DNA of 63,822 nucleotides, filler included, from Psammoneis japonica (lineage: Eukaryota), in assembly GCA_008632985.1 (NCBI GenBank). It is 4 parts of 4 records of this genome, joined end to end, with 100 filler letters (N's around TTAATTAATTAA, not from the genome) between each part and the next. Parts side by side here need not be neighbours in the genome. Positions count along the whole stretch, not along the records: positions 1 to 20,062 come from QPGO01000454.1; 3 more parts are not named here. One strand, written 5' to 3'. Below are positions 1 through 11,039 of the stretch, piece after piece; the stretch's first letter is position 1; the number at the start of each line of letters is the position of its first letter. Both the position numbers and the translations under genes were made by a program. The notes under the pieces are model-generated. The model had not been told where the DNA came from, ran no database searches, and worked only from the letters and a program-made list of their open reading frames with translations.

Positions 1-524
1 ATCAAGATTTGGGGGGCGGGTTCTCAACCTGACATGCACGGCTCTGTTGTTTGCATGGAAGCATGCCACTCTGGTCCACTTTCCTTGGTGTTCCAAAGGT
101 CCTGCACTCAGAGGGCTGGTTGTTGGTGGACTTGGCGTGTCACATGCAAAAGTTGTGCATGTCATGTCAGCCTCATCATTAAATGCACAAAGCGCACAAG
201 CTTGCTGCTCAGTGGCGCACTCTGCCGGACATGTGAGACAGAGCAAAAGGGCGGTGCAAAGTTTGTTGTCTTGACTGGAAAGGGCCTCACAAATGGCACT
301 GGCTGCAGAAGCAGCTGCAGCAGAACCTTGCAAAGATCACACAGTGATTTTGTGGTGTCGCCAGAGCCAGCGGCATCCATGCAGGCATCCACAGCTGAAT
401 CCTCAGCTTTGCAACTAGACGTGCTGTCTTCATCATGACAAGCTTTGTGCCAAAAGAAGTCATGCACAACTCTGTCTCCGCAACAACAGGGCACACAATG
501 AAAAATCTTAAATAAGACAAAAAA

Positions 525-1132
525 TTTTGTTGGTCCTGTTGTGACGCGTTCCAGGTGCAGGTGGGACCTCGCACTGCTGAACTGTGACATCGACAGTTTT
601 TTGAATCGCGTCGCATGTCGCACACACAGATTTCTGCGTGATTTTTTCGATGTTTTGCATCATTTTACGGCAACAACTTTTGACATTTTTCATTGCAGCG
701 CGATTCTACAATGTCTTAAGAATCGCACAGGGCAGGCGCATTTTCAAAAACGTTGAGTGGCAAGAGGCACAATTGCACCACAAACTTGGCCGTTTGTTTG
801 ATGTTGAAGACAAATGCACCCATTGATTAAATTCTTGCACTGCGGAGCTTGCATGTAGAATTCTGCGGGCCCAATGTCACACGGAGTCCCACCCAGGGCT
901 GGAACGCGTCTTGTGACAGTCAGAGTGGTTTGTGCATGTGGCGCATGAAATCAGGACAGATGGAGGATCAGATGGTGTGTTGATTTCTTTGGCTGCATGT
1001 GTGACATTTGCAGAATTCAATTTTGGCACACCGTGATCAACAGTCATTTCTCGATGACAGTGGATTTTGTTGACAATGTTTTGGTGATCAACGTCATGCA
1101 TTGCAAGCTCAAGAGAGTTGTCTTGGTCTTTT
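525..1132 (+). repeat. Ngaro split direct repeat A1, interrupted by the MITE at 543-910
   Basis: tttgttggtcctgt before the MITE plus gtcagagtggtttgtg...gcattgcaagctcaagaga..ttggtctttt after it match 10639-10866. Confidence 0.8.
543..910. mobile_element. MITE, GAC-terminal family with 4-bp TSD
   Basis: Perfect termini GACGCGTTCC/GGAACGCGTC; TSD TTGT; interrupts Ngaro repeat A1. Confidence 0.85.
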
Positions 1133-1139
1133 GAAGACA

Positions 1140-3135
1140 ACACATCTGATTGTGTCACCAGCGGACAGCTGGAAGAACTTTTTCACAATCTGCCCATCAA
1201 ACGATGATGCCAATCACATGCTTGGTTCGCTGCGTGAGATTCTGCATGAAGGTCCTGCGGAGTCAAGTCAAGGAATGCATCTCAAAAGAGACACAGTGTT
1301 CCTTGGTGCATGCCAAGTGACAGGAAACCCTGTCTCGCTCCACAACTGTGCTGTCATTGGAGGATCAAGACTTCAACCGGACTCATTCCATGCCGTGTTG
1401 ATTGGAATGGAATCACGTGCTTGCCCAGCACAAGTCAACCCAGAAGACATGTTCCAACAGGTGGATCTTGATGCCCCAACCTGGAATGGCCTGAAAAACC
1501 TGGAGTCCATTGGCAAAGTGGAGAAAGTCACCCCTCTGGCTTGTGATGCATTCCATCTCAAGGTGGGACCTTGCACCACTGAACTGTGACATCCACAGTT
1601 TTTTGGATTGCACTGCATGTCGTGTGTGCACATTTCTGTGTGTGCGTTTCTACAAAATTGTTTTGCACTCCCTGTTTTGCAAAGCCAAAGGCTTTCTATT
1701 TTCTCCATTCATGACAATGAGAACAAGCTGGGTGCACTCTTTAATGTCTGAAGAAGGTGCCCACGCAAAGTGCAGACAATGTGCTTGAAGTGTGGAGAAG
1801 GAGATGCATGTGTAAAAACACCTCTTTTTCTGTTGGCGATCATTCTCATTTTCATTGCTGAACAATTTTGCTGTGCAGCTTGCACGCAGAATTCAGCGGG
1901 CGGAATGTCACAAAAAGTCCCACCTGGGGCTGGAACCCATCTCATGTGGACTCAGCAGCCAAAGCAACTGTTCACCAATCGTTGCTCTCCCTCCCTTCCC
2001 AGTGAGTCACTTCTTGGATGAAGAAGACAAGTCAGCCACCAACCCATTGATCATCACCCTCCCCAAGGAACTGCACAACCTTGCCTCCCAGTTTTGCAAA
2101 TGACTGACCTCAGCAGCTGCCAGGAACTGGGCCACGCACACTCTCAAGAGCAAGCTTGGATGACTGCTCATCCTCAAACAAGGCATTGTCACAGCAGCAC
2201 CAGCAGGTGAATTCCTTTGTGACAGAGATGACCTCCCAAACAACTTCAGTGCATTCTTCATTGCTCACCCCCTGATCTCCCCTGGCAGCAACAATGAGGA
2301 AGCAGTCTCAAACTTGGTGACTTGCCTCCACCCACAAGCAAAAGAAGGCAAATGACTTTCAGACAACAACATCAAGAAGATCATTGAACAGAAACTTGAG
2401 CGGCCTGCCACAGCCAATGCCCTCTCATTCCAGATCCAAAACTTCATGAGTCCACTTGCCATTGTCATGGGTGAGAACTCCCTGGCAGTCAAGAACCTCC
2501 TCACCTGGGTCTGCCATGTCAAGCAACATTGCATCACATGCAACAACCAACAAGCCCAGGACCCCACATTCCCAGCAAAAACACTCCTGGAAGTCTGTGG
2601 CAACATTGTCAATTCACTCATCTGCTTCTCTTGCCTCCAACATGAGACAGCACTGGGCTGTTTCACTCAAGCCACCCCAGCCTTTGTCTCCACCTCATTG
2701 ACGGATGACAAACATGGGGCCAAACACCAAGGAGACAATGCTTCCAAGGAAGGCAAACTTGTCCACAATGACAAGATGGTGCCGACCTGGAAACTCAGAC
2801 AAGGCAAAGACTTTGGCAAGGCATTCCATCCACATGTCAAGAATCTGTCAAAGTTTGAAGGCACACAACTCTGCAGCAAATGCCACGTCAAAGACCGCTG
2901 CACCACCAGCTGCAAGTTCAGTCACTCCAAGCCTTGTGACAAGTCCATGGAGGACATGTCCAAGTGGGTGCCATCTTGCTGCAATGGCTCCCCTTCAGAC
3001 AAGGATGACAAACAGGAATGGGATGCACGGTTTCGTCCACCGCCCAAACCTCCCCATGCCACTCCAGCTCTAAATGACACACACATGCAAGCTTGCCTGC
3101 CAAACAAGAAAACAAGAAATGGTTGGAAGAAATGA
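1140..3135 (+). pseudogene. Ngaro ORF1/gag-like remnant with C-terminal Cys/His zinc-finger-like motif
   Basis: ORFs 1101-1589 and 2446-3135; LCSKCHVKDRCTTSCKFSH motif; lies between A1 and pol; split by the MITE at 1545-1941 and TGA stops. Confidence 0.6.
1545..1941. mobile_element. MITE, same family
   Basis: Termini GATGCATTCC...GGTGGGAC / GTCCCACCTGGGGCTGGAACCCATC; flanks TTGT and TCAT (TSD diverged at a TG/CA site). Confidence 0.8.
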
Positions 3136-4338
3136 GGAGATCAAGTTGATCCTCACAACCTCCACCTCCCAAGACACCCAACCCCATCAGAGCAAAGCAA
3201 TCAAGTTCCCTTCTGCCCAATGACACCCCATCCTCCTGCGATGCCACAAAAGGATCAAGTTCCTTTTGACAGCACGTCCAACAGTGCCAACTTGCAATTG
3301 ACAGAGTCCCCTTCATCTCCAGGTGCAATTCAGAGATCTGCTCAACACAAGAGCCTAGACAGCAAGCACAAGCGCAATCTCAAACAACATCAGAGAACAC
3401 AAAATGCTTGTCAAGCATGCCAATCCACCTGGAACCATCAAACTGCAGGGCCAAGACTCTCAAGACTCAACGATGACACTCCCAACAGTTCAGCCCCCTG
3501 CAAAACCCCCAGGATGCAGACTCTGCCACCTTGTCATCAGACCTGATGACCGTGCAAGCTCCCTTGGACAGCACAAACCCCAAGGCACCCAGATCCGAAC
3601 AGTTTCCCTTGCAGGTCAACTTGGCAGAGCCTGCCGCAAACACCAAGGCACCCAAATCCAAACAGTCTCCCTCGCAGGTCGACTTGGCAGAGCCCACCAA
3701 AATGCCTGCCAGCTTGGCAGAACCAAAGGTCCTCAAATCTGCACAGCACCCTCTTTGGAGGCACCTGGCAGAACCTGCCAAACAGCCGCCTCTTCAGGCT
3801 GACCTGCAGATCCCTCTCAGGCACTAAAATCCGAAAAAGTCACCTGCCCAGACTGACCTGGTGAAGCCTCTCTCTCAGTTGTCAGCTGACACAGACACTG
3901 CAGATCACCCAACACATCTGGCCTCACAGCCAGAATGCTCACTCCCTCCACCTGAGACAGATCTGCTCCAGCTCATGAGCCAAATCACACCACAACCTCC
4001 ACGACTTGGTTTGGTTTTACCCGTTTGGGGATTCCCCAAAATGGCCAGGGCAAGGGGGAATTGCCTCACCCTTTTGGGGAATTCCCGGGCAACAAGGGCA
4101 ATTTAGCGGGAAGGAATGCCTGGAAGAGGTCAGGGGAGGGGAACAAAAAACGAGTGGATTGCGGTAATTCCGGATCTATTTGATTTAGGCTTACGTGCTT
4201 TTGCGTCTTGTGTGGTCGAATCCACTGCTGCTGCTGCCGGCAGCTGCTGCTAGAGCAGCAGCTCTCTACTCTAGAGCAGAGAACTTCAATTGTGTGGCAC
4301 TCTAGATTGGGAGCTCACTGTTGCCAATGCGCCACAGA

Positions 4339-7112
4339 TTAATCTGCTTCACTGCTGCTGTCGATGCCACTGCTGTTCTCCATCTCCAAAAGCTCCACAT
4401 TGACAGAGGCTGGCTGCGCGGTTTGTTGGATCATGTCAACCAAGCATTCGTTGATCATCCATGGCTTCAAGATTGTGTCATCAGTGCCATCACAATCTGG
4501 AGGCATTCCAAGGACACACCACCCACCACTTCGGCCCTTCTGGAAGTCAAGGTTGCCACTCAAAACAGTGCAGGCAACATCGTCATCCACCACATGAAAT
4601 GTCAAGCCCTCGTACTTCTCCAGCAGCCTGGCCTCCACAACTGGATCATTCTTCTCAAGCAGTGGCTTCTCCCAGTCTTCCAGCCAGCACCTGAACTTCC
4701 GCTTTGGGTGATCTCTCAAACTCTGGACATCCACCCCAAATCTCTCAAGACCCAGGTCAAACTTGGCGTCGTCATCACCCCACATGCCTCCTTTGCCGGA
4801 GTCCAATTTCTTCTTCTCAACTCTCTCGTGCCTGGCTTCCTGAAGCCATGCCGTGGTGTAGATGATGGCCTGCTTCTCTGTCTTGTCTCCACTCAGATGA
4901 GAGTGCTTGTTAGTCTTCAGCTGCTTCACGCCCCCCCACGACCTCTCAGCTGCACCTGTGCCTGGCAACTTGGACGTGGATTGGCAAGCGACAAACCCAA
5001 GAACCTTGGTGTGCGGGAGGGAGCATTTCTCATGCCACAACCAAGAGTTTCCCTCTGCGACATCAGGAACATTCCACCTGTTCATGTGACTGAATGGCCC
5101 CGTCTTCTTGGCGAAATGCTTGCACTCTGTCCAAAAAGTGTCCAGGGTGGTGGCAATGTCGGCATCGTCATGCGAGAGAAGCTTCACCACTGCTTCCTCG
5201 ATGTCATTTCGATCCACCCCAGTTGACCTGGCATCCACATCTTCCATGACCTCTGGCTGCACACAAAGGAGACAAGCGACTTTGGCAAACTTGCTCTCCA
5301 ACTTCACTCGCCGCTTGTCCCATGCCTGCCAAACCGTTGTTGCCAAGTCGACCACACAAGGCCCGTTGTCACCCGACTCGGCATTGTCGTCATCATCATT
5401 GCCCTCATCATCATCATCGGCACCCAAATCATCGTCAGAGTCATTGTCTTCATCAGAAGACATGTCGTCGTCATCTGAGTTACCACAAGTTGCGTCTTTG
5501 ACGTCATCTGAGCTGATGGCAGCTCCGAGAGGGAAACAAGTCTCGTCATCAAGACAATCTGTGGATTGCTCGAGGGCCTTGGTGGTCCTGTTGGTGAGGT
5601 GGAGCAGTTCATCCATGCCGGGTTGGTTGGAATCGGCCAGACGCAAGACCAAGAGAGTGGGGAACACACTGCGCAACAAGTGGTGTGTTGCCTGCCAGAA
5701 GTTTTCATCTGAAATGTCACGGGCGGCTCTACGATCAATCTCTTTTTTTCAAAGACCAGTCCACTGAGGCGTGTGAACTGTGGCAAGGAGAATGCTTTGG
5801 AGGCGCAAGGCTCGGTGCATGCTGCAGAAGCAAGATGCCATTCTAGTGTCTGCACCTTTGAGGAGACACACGCCTCTTCCTTGATTGACTGGCTTCGATT
5901 GGTTCACAAAAATGGCATGAGGAGCGTGACTTGAACCGGAGCCAAACACACGATAAAGGCGTTTCACTCACAGCATCATGATCTGGCAAAATTTCGGGTG
6001 GAAGGAGACAGCGGATGAGTGAGAGCAATGCCTTTGAAGAAAAGATTAAAACAAACAATCACACTCACCCATGCGGGATCAATCTTAGCTGCATCATGAA
6101 AAAACAGAGCAACACAGTGCTCCGCTCCATGCAGACAGGAAGCTCGGGGGCACTTGACCTCGAGTGTCTCTCCCGCTTTCTGAACGTTGGAGGCCCCATC
6201 AAAAAAGAATGTGTCAACCAAATGCTTCTGCGGATCAAGCTCTTGAGCATGGCTTAGAAAAATGTTTGCAGTGTGAGGAGCATCCTTTTTCCCTCCTTCC
6301 GCCATGTGCTCCTGGCAATTGTGCATCTCCAGTGCCATCGGTGGGACATTGGCGGTGAATCCCAATGCATTGAAGAGCAGTGGTTTTTTAATGGCAGCTC
6401 CATTGCCCAAAAAAGAGAGACCAAATGTCTTGGATTCAGCAAGCATTGCCTTCTTGTTGTTCTGGAGGCATTGTTGAAAATTCAGGTCAAGCAGTTCACC
6501 TCCAATTTTCTTGTTGTCAGGAGGACTGTGAGTGCTGCTGACTGTCCTTGCTGGCATTGGCACTCGCTCAAAATGGGCAGTTGTGGCCAAGGTAAATGGC
6601 AGCCCATGGGAGTGACTTGGGTCAGCAATCGCCGCAGTGAGCATGGCTTCATTTGCACCACTGACTGATCGTCAGCTGGAAGTTGCTCCTTCTCCACCAG
6701 AACCAGCCGAGTGGGCCACAATGGATGTTTGGATCTGTGGACGGAGATCCAACAGAGCTGCTGGTGTGCTGATGCTTGGCCAACAAAGCAGCCGCTGATG
6801 CTTCATTGGCCTCAGCAACAGCATCTTTGGTGGCAGCTGACACTCGTCTCTTGGCCGCCATTCATTCTTGCGAAGAATTGCACAGCCCACGATGCCGTTT
6901 GGCATGGTCATTGGAGATCTTGGCGTTGCAGGGCTTGACGTGCATCCTCTTGATCTTGCAGAGATGGGCGACAGCTTTTGTCGCGTTGAGCCCTTTGCAT
7001 GACTGCTTGCACCAGTGCTTGTGATTTCTGGGAGCTCATCTTCCTCTGCAACAGCAGTGACATGACTGTCGACACTCATGCCAGCATCATCCTGCTGCTC
7101 TTTGTCACTCAT
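4339..7112 (-). pseudogene. hAT transposase (DUF659-like plus C-terminal dimerisation region), mutated
   Basis: FFDGASNVQKAG...CLHGAEH; LYRVFGSG; ADTRMAS; WLWHEKCSLPHTKVLGFVACQSTSKLPGTGAAERSWG. Segments 5976-6644, 5749-5967 and 4339-5679 join in frame via one intron and TGA stops. Confidence 0.88.
5983..6068 (-). other. 86-nt spliceosomal intron in the hAT transposase
   Basis: GTGAGT donor at 6068 and ...TTTTGCCAG acceptor at 5983; removal joins KIDPAW to IMML*VKRLYRVFGSG in frame. Confidence 0.75.
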
Positions 7113-8071
7113 GTTTCAACATGCATTTTATGAGAGAAAGCAAAACCCTGCAATGTGAATGGTGAAAAAGATGCGGGTGAGCGCACGAAGTGTGAATGCC
7201 AAGACACCAGATGCACATCTCAACAAAAAAACACACCTGTGCCGGACACGTGGCATCAAAATGAAAGATGCGGCTCAACGTGACAACAAACAGATGCTGA
7301 ATCAACGTGGTGCGGCAATGCAAGAAGGTGCTGCAGCTGTGGAGAAGCCGCTGCGGCTGTCATCGTGTTGAGTGAGTGCTCCGAACTGCTGCGGGTGCAT
7401 GTGATTGCCAATGTGTTGTTTTTTGTTCGTGCATTGAGCATGCATGCAAAGAAGTGCAACTCATGGTGATTCCCCGGGAAATCACGCTTCCCGTGGAAAA
7501 TCACGGCAAAGGTGGCAATCCCGGGGAAATTTGGGGAATCCCGCGGTAAAACCAAACTGAGCTCCACGATTGCCTTCAAAACCAATTTTCTCTTTCAAGC
7601 CAACCAAAGAGGCAGCTGAACAAAACTGGATGATCTCATCTCAGTGCTTCAACTTGAATCTTGAACACACCTTGCGAGCACAAGGAGACTCAGTCTCAGG
7701 GTGTGGCTCAGAATTTTGATCTGTCAATGATCTTAGACTGCTCCTTCACCATCATCCGCTCTGGCCCAAAGTCAAGGACTTCTTGTCCAATGGCGCCAAA
7801 CACCCCACACACTTGATCAGTGATCAAGAATGCCAACACAACCTGTGCAAAGCAATTGAAAGAGGAAATCACAAGTCAGCAGTTCAAAACTCCTTGACAC
7901 TGTGAAAAAACTCTATGACGAGATGTCTTGTCTCCCCAGCACACTGGCAGCTCCTCCAAGAGTCAATGAGAGAGGCAAAGCAATCCCCTCCAAGCACTTC
8001 ACTCTTGACCAGTCCTTCAATTTTGGCTCTGGGGCTTCAGTGAATTCTAGAGTGATGCCTGAAGAAAAGCT

Positions 8072-8147
8072 TGATTTCCCAGGGAATCACCCTGAATTAC
8101 GCTTCGTCACATGCATGCTCCACACATGGACAAAAAATTGCACATTG
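8072..8147 (+). mobile_element. Fragment of a related hAT subterminal region, inverted relative to the full copy
   Basis: gatttcccagggaatcaccctgaattacgcttc...gcatgctc...aaaaa..cacattgg resembles the reverse complement of 7408-7483. Confidence 0.6.
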
Positions 8148-9214
8148 GAACTCCCCGTGCTTCCCCTCTCGTACATTTCTACGCCTTCTACGTGCCGGGA
8201 CGTAGGAGCCAGACGATCTGAGATCGACCGACCGCAACGCAACAAAAATGGGCAACACGCCATGGCGCGTTCACATCCCATTTGTGACGGCTTTTGTCCA
8301 TCAATCACAACGCCATTCAATGCATTCGATGACATCGATTGAACGGGACATGTGGCACAAAACACAAGATGAAACATGATTGCATGTGTGTTTGGAACAC
8401 TGGTTTAGTTGAGTCGTCAGTCGTCAGTTTTTCTTTTGTCGTGCAGCCACAAATTTAAGCCACAAGGCACACAGCAAAGGCCAAGGCAAAAGCAGAACCA
8501 TGCACAGCCAACAACAACAATGTGGAGGATTGAACAGTCACCCTCATTCTTCCAATTTACACATGTTGTGTTCAGAATGAAGGGGATTGTTTAGATGACT
8601 CTTTTTCCACATGCCCGCCATTTTCTAAGTCATCTCCACTGACTCATGCAACAAGCTGAGAACAGACGCTGGTGCAAGATGCGGCCTCCAGAGATTGAAG
8701 ATGCCAAACTTGGACCAAGTTTCTTGTCCAAGCTTGAGACAGCATCAGTCTGAACCTGACTGCTTGCCACAAATTGACTCATGTCTGCAGATCAGATGTG
8801 CCCAAACATGGAATCAGAGGATGCAATGCAATGACTGGACAAGCACAACAAGGACTCAAACTGCAAGATCACCTTGCACATGGTCTCAACCTCAACACCA
8901 AGGAGTTCATCGCAAGCACAGTCTGCACCTGGATTGCCTGCATTGAAGGCAACCTGCCACCCAAAATTCAACTTTGATGGAGAGACCAACCCGGAACAGA
9001 TGGAAGTCGCCCGCTGGTTTGCACCCATCATGATGATTGACAAGAGTCAATCCTTTGGTCAATGGTTCCCAGGAAGGAAAAGAATGTTGTCAGCAATTGT
9101 CTGTCTCATGACGGGAATCCATCCATCAAGATGCTGACCCTTTTTCTTTGTCATGTTGTTCCAAAAAGGTTCCTCAAAATTTCACATCTCTCCATTGCCC
9201 AACAAAATTGTTTG

Positions 9215-10300
9215 ATGCTTGACCTCCTTGATGCTGAAGGAGCCCATGAAGCCCATGCCAAAGACACCAACAAGAAGCAAGACACAGCTTTCACCCACTG
9301 GGAAAAGTTTCTTGGCAAGATTGGACTTGGCGGTGACCCCTTCATGGACAACCTCACCATCGCCCATTGCCATTGCACCCTTGGAGCCTTTGCAGCAGCA
9401 GCAGTCAGAGACAGGCAGCACTTGGCTGAACAATTTGAAACACTGGTGGCAGGGGCCATCAGAGCTGTTGTGGACAATGTGACAGCAGCCTCCAGATTTT
9501 ACAACAGGAAGGACCCAAGGTTAGATGAGGATGGGTGCACCTCATGCCTTTTGCTCTGACAGTGCAGAGGCTGCAAGAACCAAGATGGGAAACAGAAGCA
9601 ACAGAAAGTGATCACTGCCTCCCTCTCATGCACCTTGTCCTGACAGCAAGCAACATCAAGGATGTGGCAATGAGTCAACTGACAATCGGAGCCTGGTTCT
9701 TTGCCATGGGATTGTGCAAACATTCTGAGACTAAAGGCAACCAATGCACCAAGCCACCATGTCTGAAAAACCTTTGCTTCTTCTGCAACAACACCAAACT
9801 GGACCACAATGATCAAGACTTAGCACTGGCGGACACTGTCTCCATCACCTTTGAGCATTAGAAGAACAACAAACAGTGTGACACAATGACAATGTTCTGC
9901 ACCAGAGACAACCTGCTCTCTGCTCTGCTCAGTTCAAGCAAGGGCTGCAGTTGTTCACTGAGCATCCTCCTGCCCCAGATCCCTTCCAGACTCTCCAGTG
10001 TGCACCATTTGCACTGATGGCAAGCTGCACTCTCTCAAATCTTCCATGACACTGGCCAAGATGCAAGCTGCAACCACAGCAATTGGCAAGGAGAAGCTGG
10101 GATGTGAAGCACACGAGATCGGAGCACATTCAATCCACTCAGGTGCAGCAATGGCAGTGCACCTCACAAATGCACCTGTGTGCTCTGTTGTGCTGATTGG
10201 CAGACAGTCCTCTGATGGCTTCCCATGACATGTCAGGAAACAAACTCAACAGCTCAGCATCAATGTCTCCACAAAGATGATCAAGCACCGGCACTTCTTC
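9215..10300 (+). pseudogene. Tyrosine recombinase of the Ngaro element, inactivated
   Basis: DPRLDEDG, GAWFFAM, TVSITFE and IGAHSIHSGAAMAVHL..LIGRQSSDGFP*HVRKQ match the YR C-terminal consensus HSIRSGAA...GRWSSDAF.RYIR; the catalytic Tyr position reads CAT (His). Confidence 0.85.
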
Positions 10301-10485
10301 ACTGTCCCAGATGCAAACTCCGATGACCCACGAATCCAAGACCACCACAAAAACCAAGCTGTTTGCACAAATGATGGCCCACATCAAGTGCAGTTGATGG
10401 CACAACTTCCATGGTTTGCTCTCTTCTCCTGAGCAGCTTGGTGCAGAGCCTTCAGATTGAAAATTTGCAAGTGAGTCATGATGGC

Positions 10486-11039
10486 GCATCATCTCCGGCA
10501 CTGTTGGGTCCCTGGGGAATCATCATTTGTGGGAATGAAAATTTTCCAGGCCAAACTGTTGGGTTTTAATGTCAGACCACTTGCACTTGGGATTGGAGTC
10601 CACTGCCTGTGGTGAGGACTTGGCTCAATGGGTCATCATTTGTTGGTCCTGTGAGTCAAAGTGGTTTGTGTGTGTGGTGCATGAAATCAGGATGTGCAGA
10701 GGATCAGATGGTGCGTTGATTTCTTTGGCAGTGTGTGTGACACTTGGAGAACTCAATTTTGGTGTGCCATGATCAAGAGTCATTTCTCGATGACAGTGGA
10801 TGTTCAACAATGCCGTGACAATCAATGTCATGCATTGCAAGCTCAAGAGATTTGTTTTGGTCTTTTAAATTCCCCAAACCCACCCTGCATCATCTGCGGC
10901 ACTGTTGGGTCCCTGGGGAATCTTCATTTGTGGGAATGAAAATTTCCCAGGCCAAACCGTTGGGTTTTGATGTTGGACTGTTCACTCTTGGGATTGGAGC
11001 CCATGACCTGTGGTGAGGACTTGGTTTGATGGGTCATCA
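10486..11039 (+). repeat. Ngaro 3' split repeats B1 (10486-10638), A2 (10639-10866), B2 (10887-11039)
   Basis: gcatcatct.cggcactgttgggtccctggggaatc...gggtcatca occurs twice, flanking a second copy of repeat A. Confidence 0.85.

Larger units (their letters stand above)
4005..7561 (-). mobile_element. hAT-superfamily DNA transposon, 3557 bp, inserted in Ngaro pol
   Basis: 8-bp TSD CTCCACGA (3997-4004 and 7562-7569); 17-bp TIRs CTTGGTTTGGTTTTACC / reverse complement CTCAGTTTGGTTTTACC; subterminal ggggaa(t)tcccc motifs; transposase inside. Confidence 0.92.
3861..9010 (+). pseudogene. Ngaro pol remnant (RT N-terminus and RNase H), split by the hAT; RT core missing
   Basis: Removing hAT plus one TSD joins QITPQPPR|LPSKPIFSF...SGCGSEF*...HHHPLWPKV...ERGNHKSA; then VNERGKAIPSKHFTLDQSFNFGSGASVNSRV (7960-8070) and RNase H-like THVCRSDVPKHGIRGCN...LNTKEFIAS (8774-8977). 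Confidence 0.75.
525..11039 (+). mobile_element. Ngaro-type (DIRS order) tyrosine-recombinase retrotransposon, degenerate, with nested insertions
   Basis: Split direct repeats in Ngaro order A1-ORFs-B1-A2-B2, enclosing gag-like, RT N-terminal, RNase H and tyrosine recombinase remnants in order on + strand. Confidence 0.85.
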
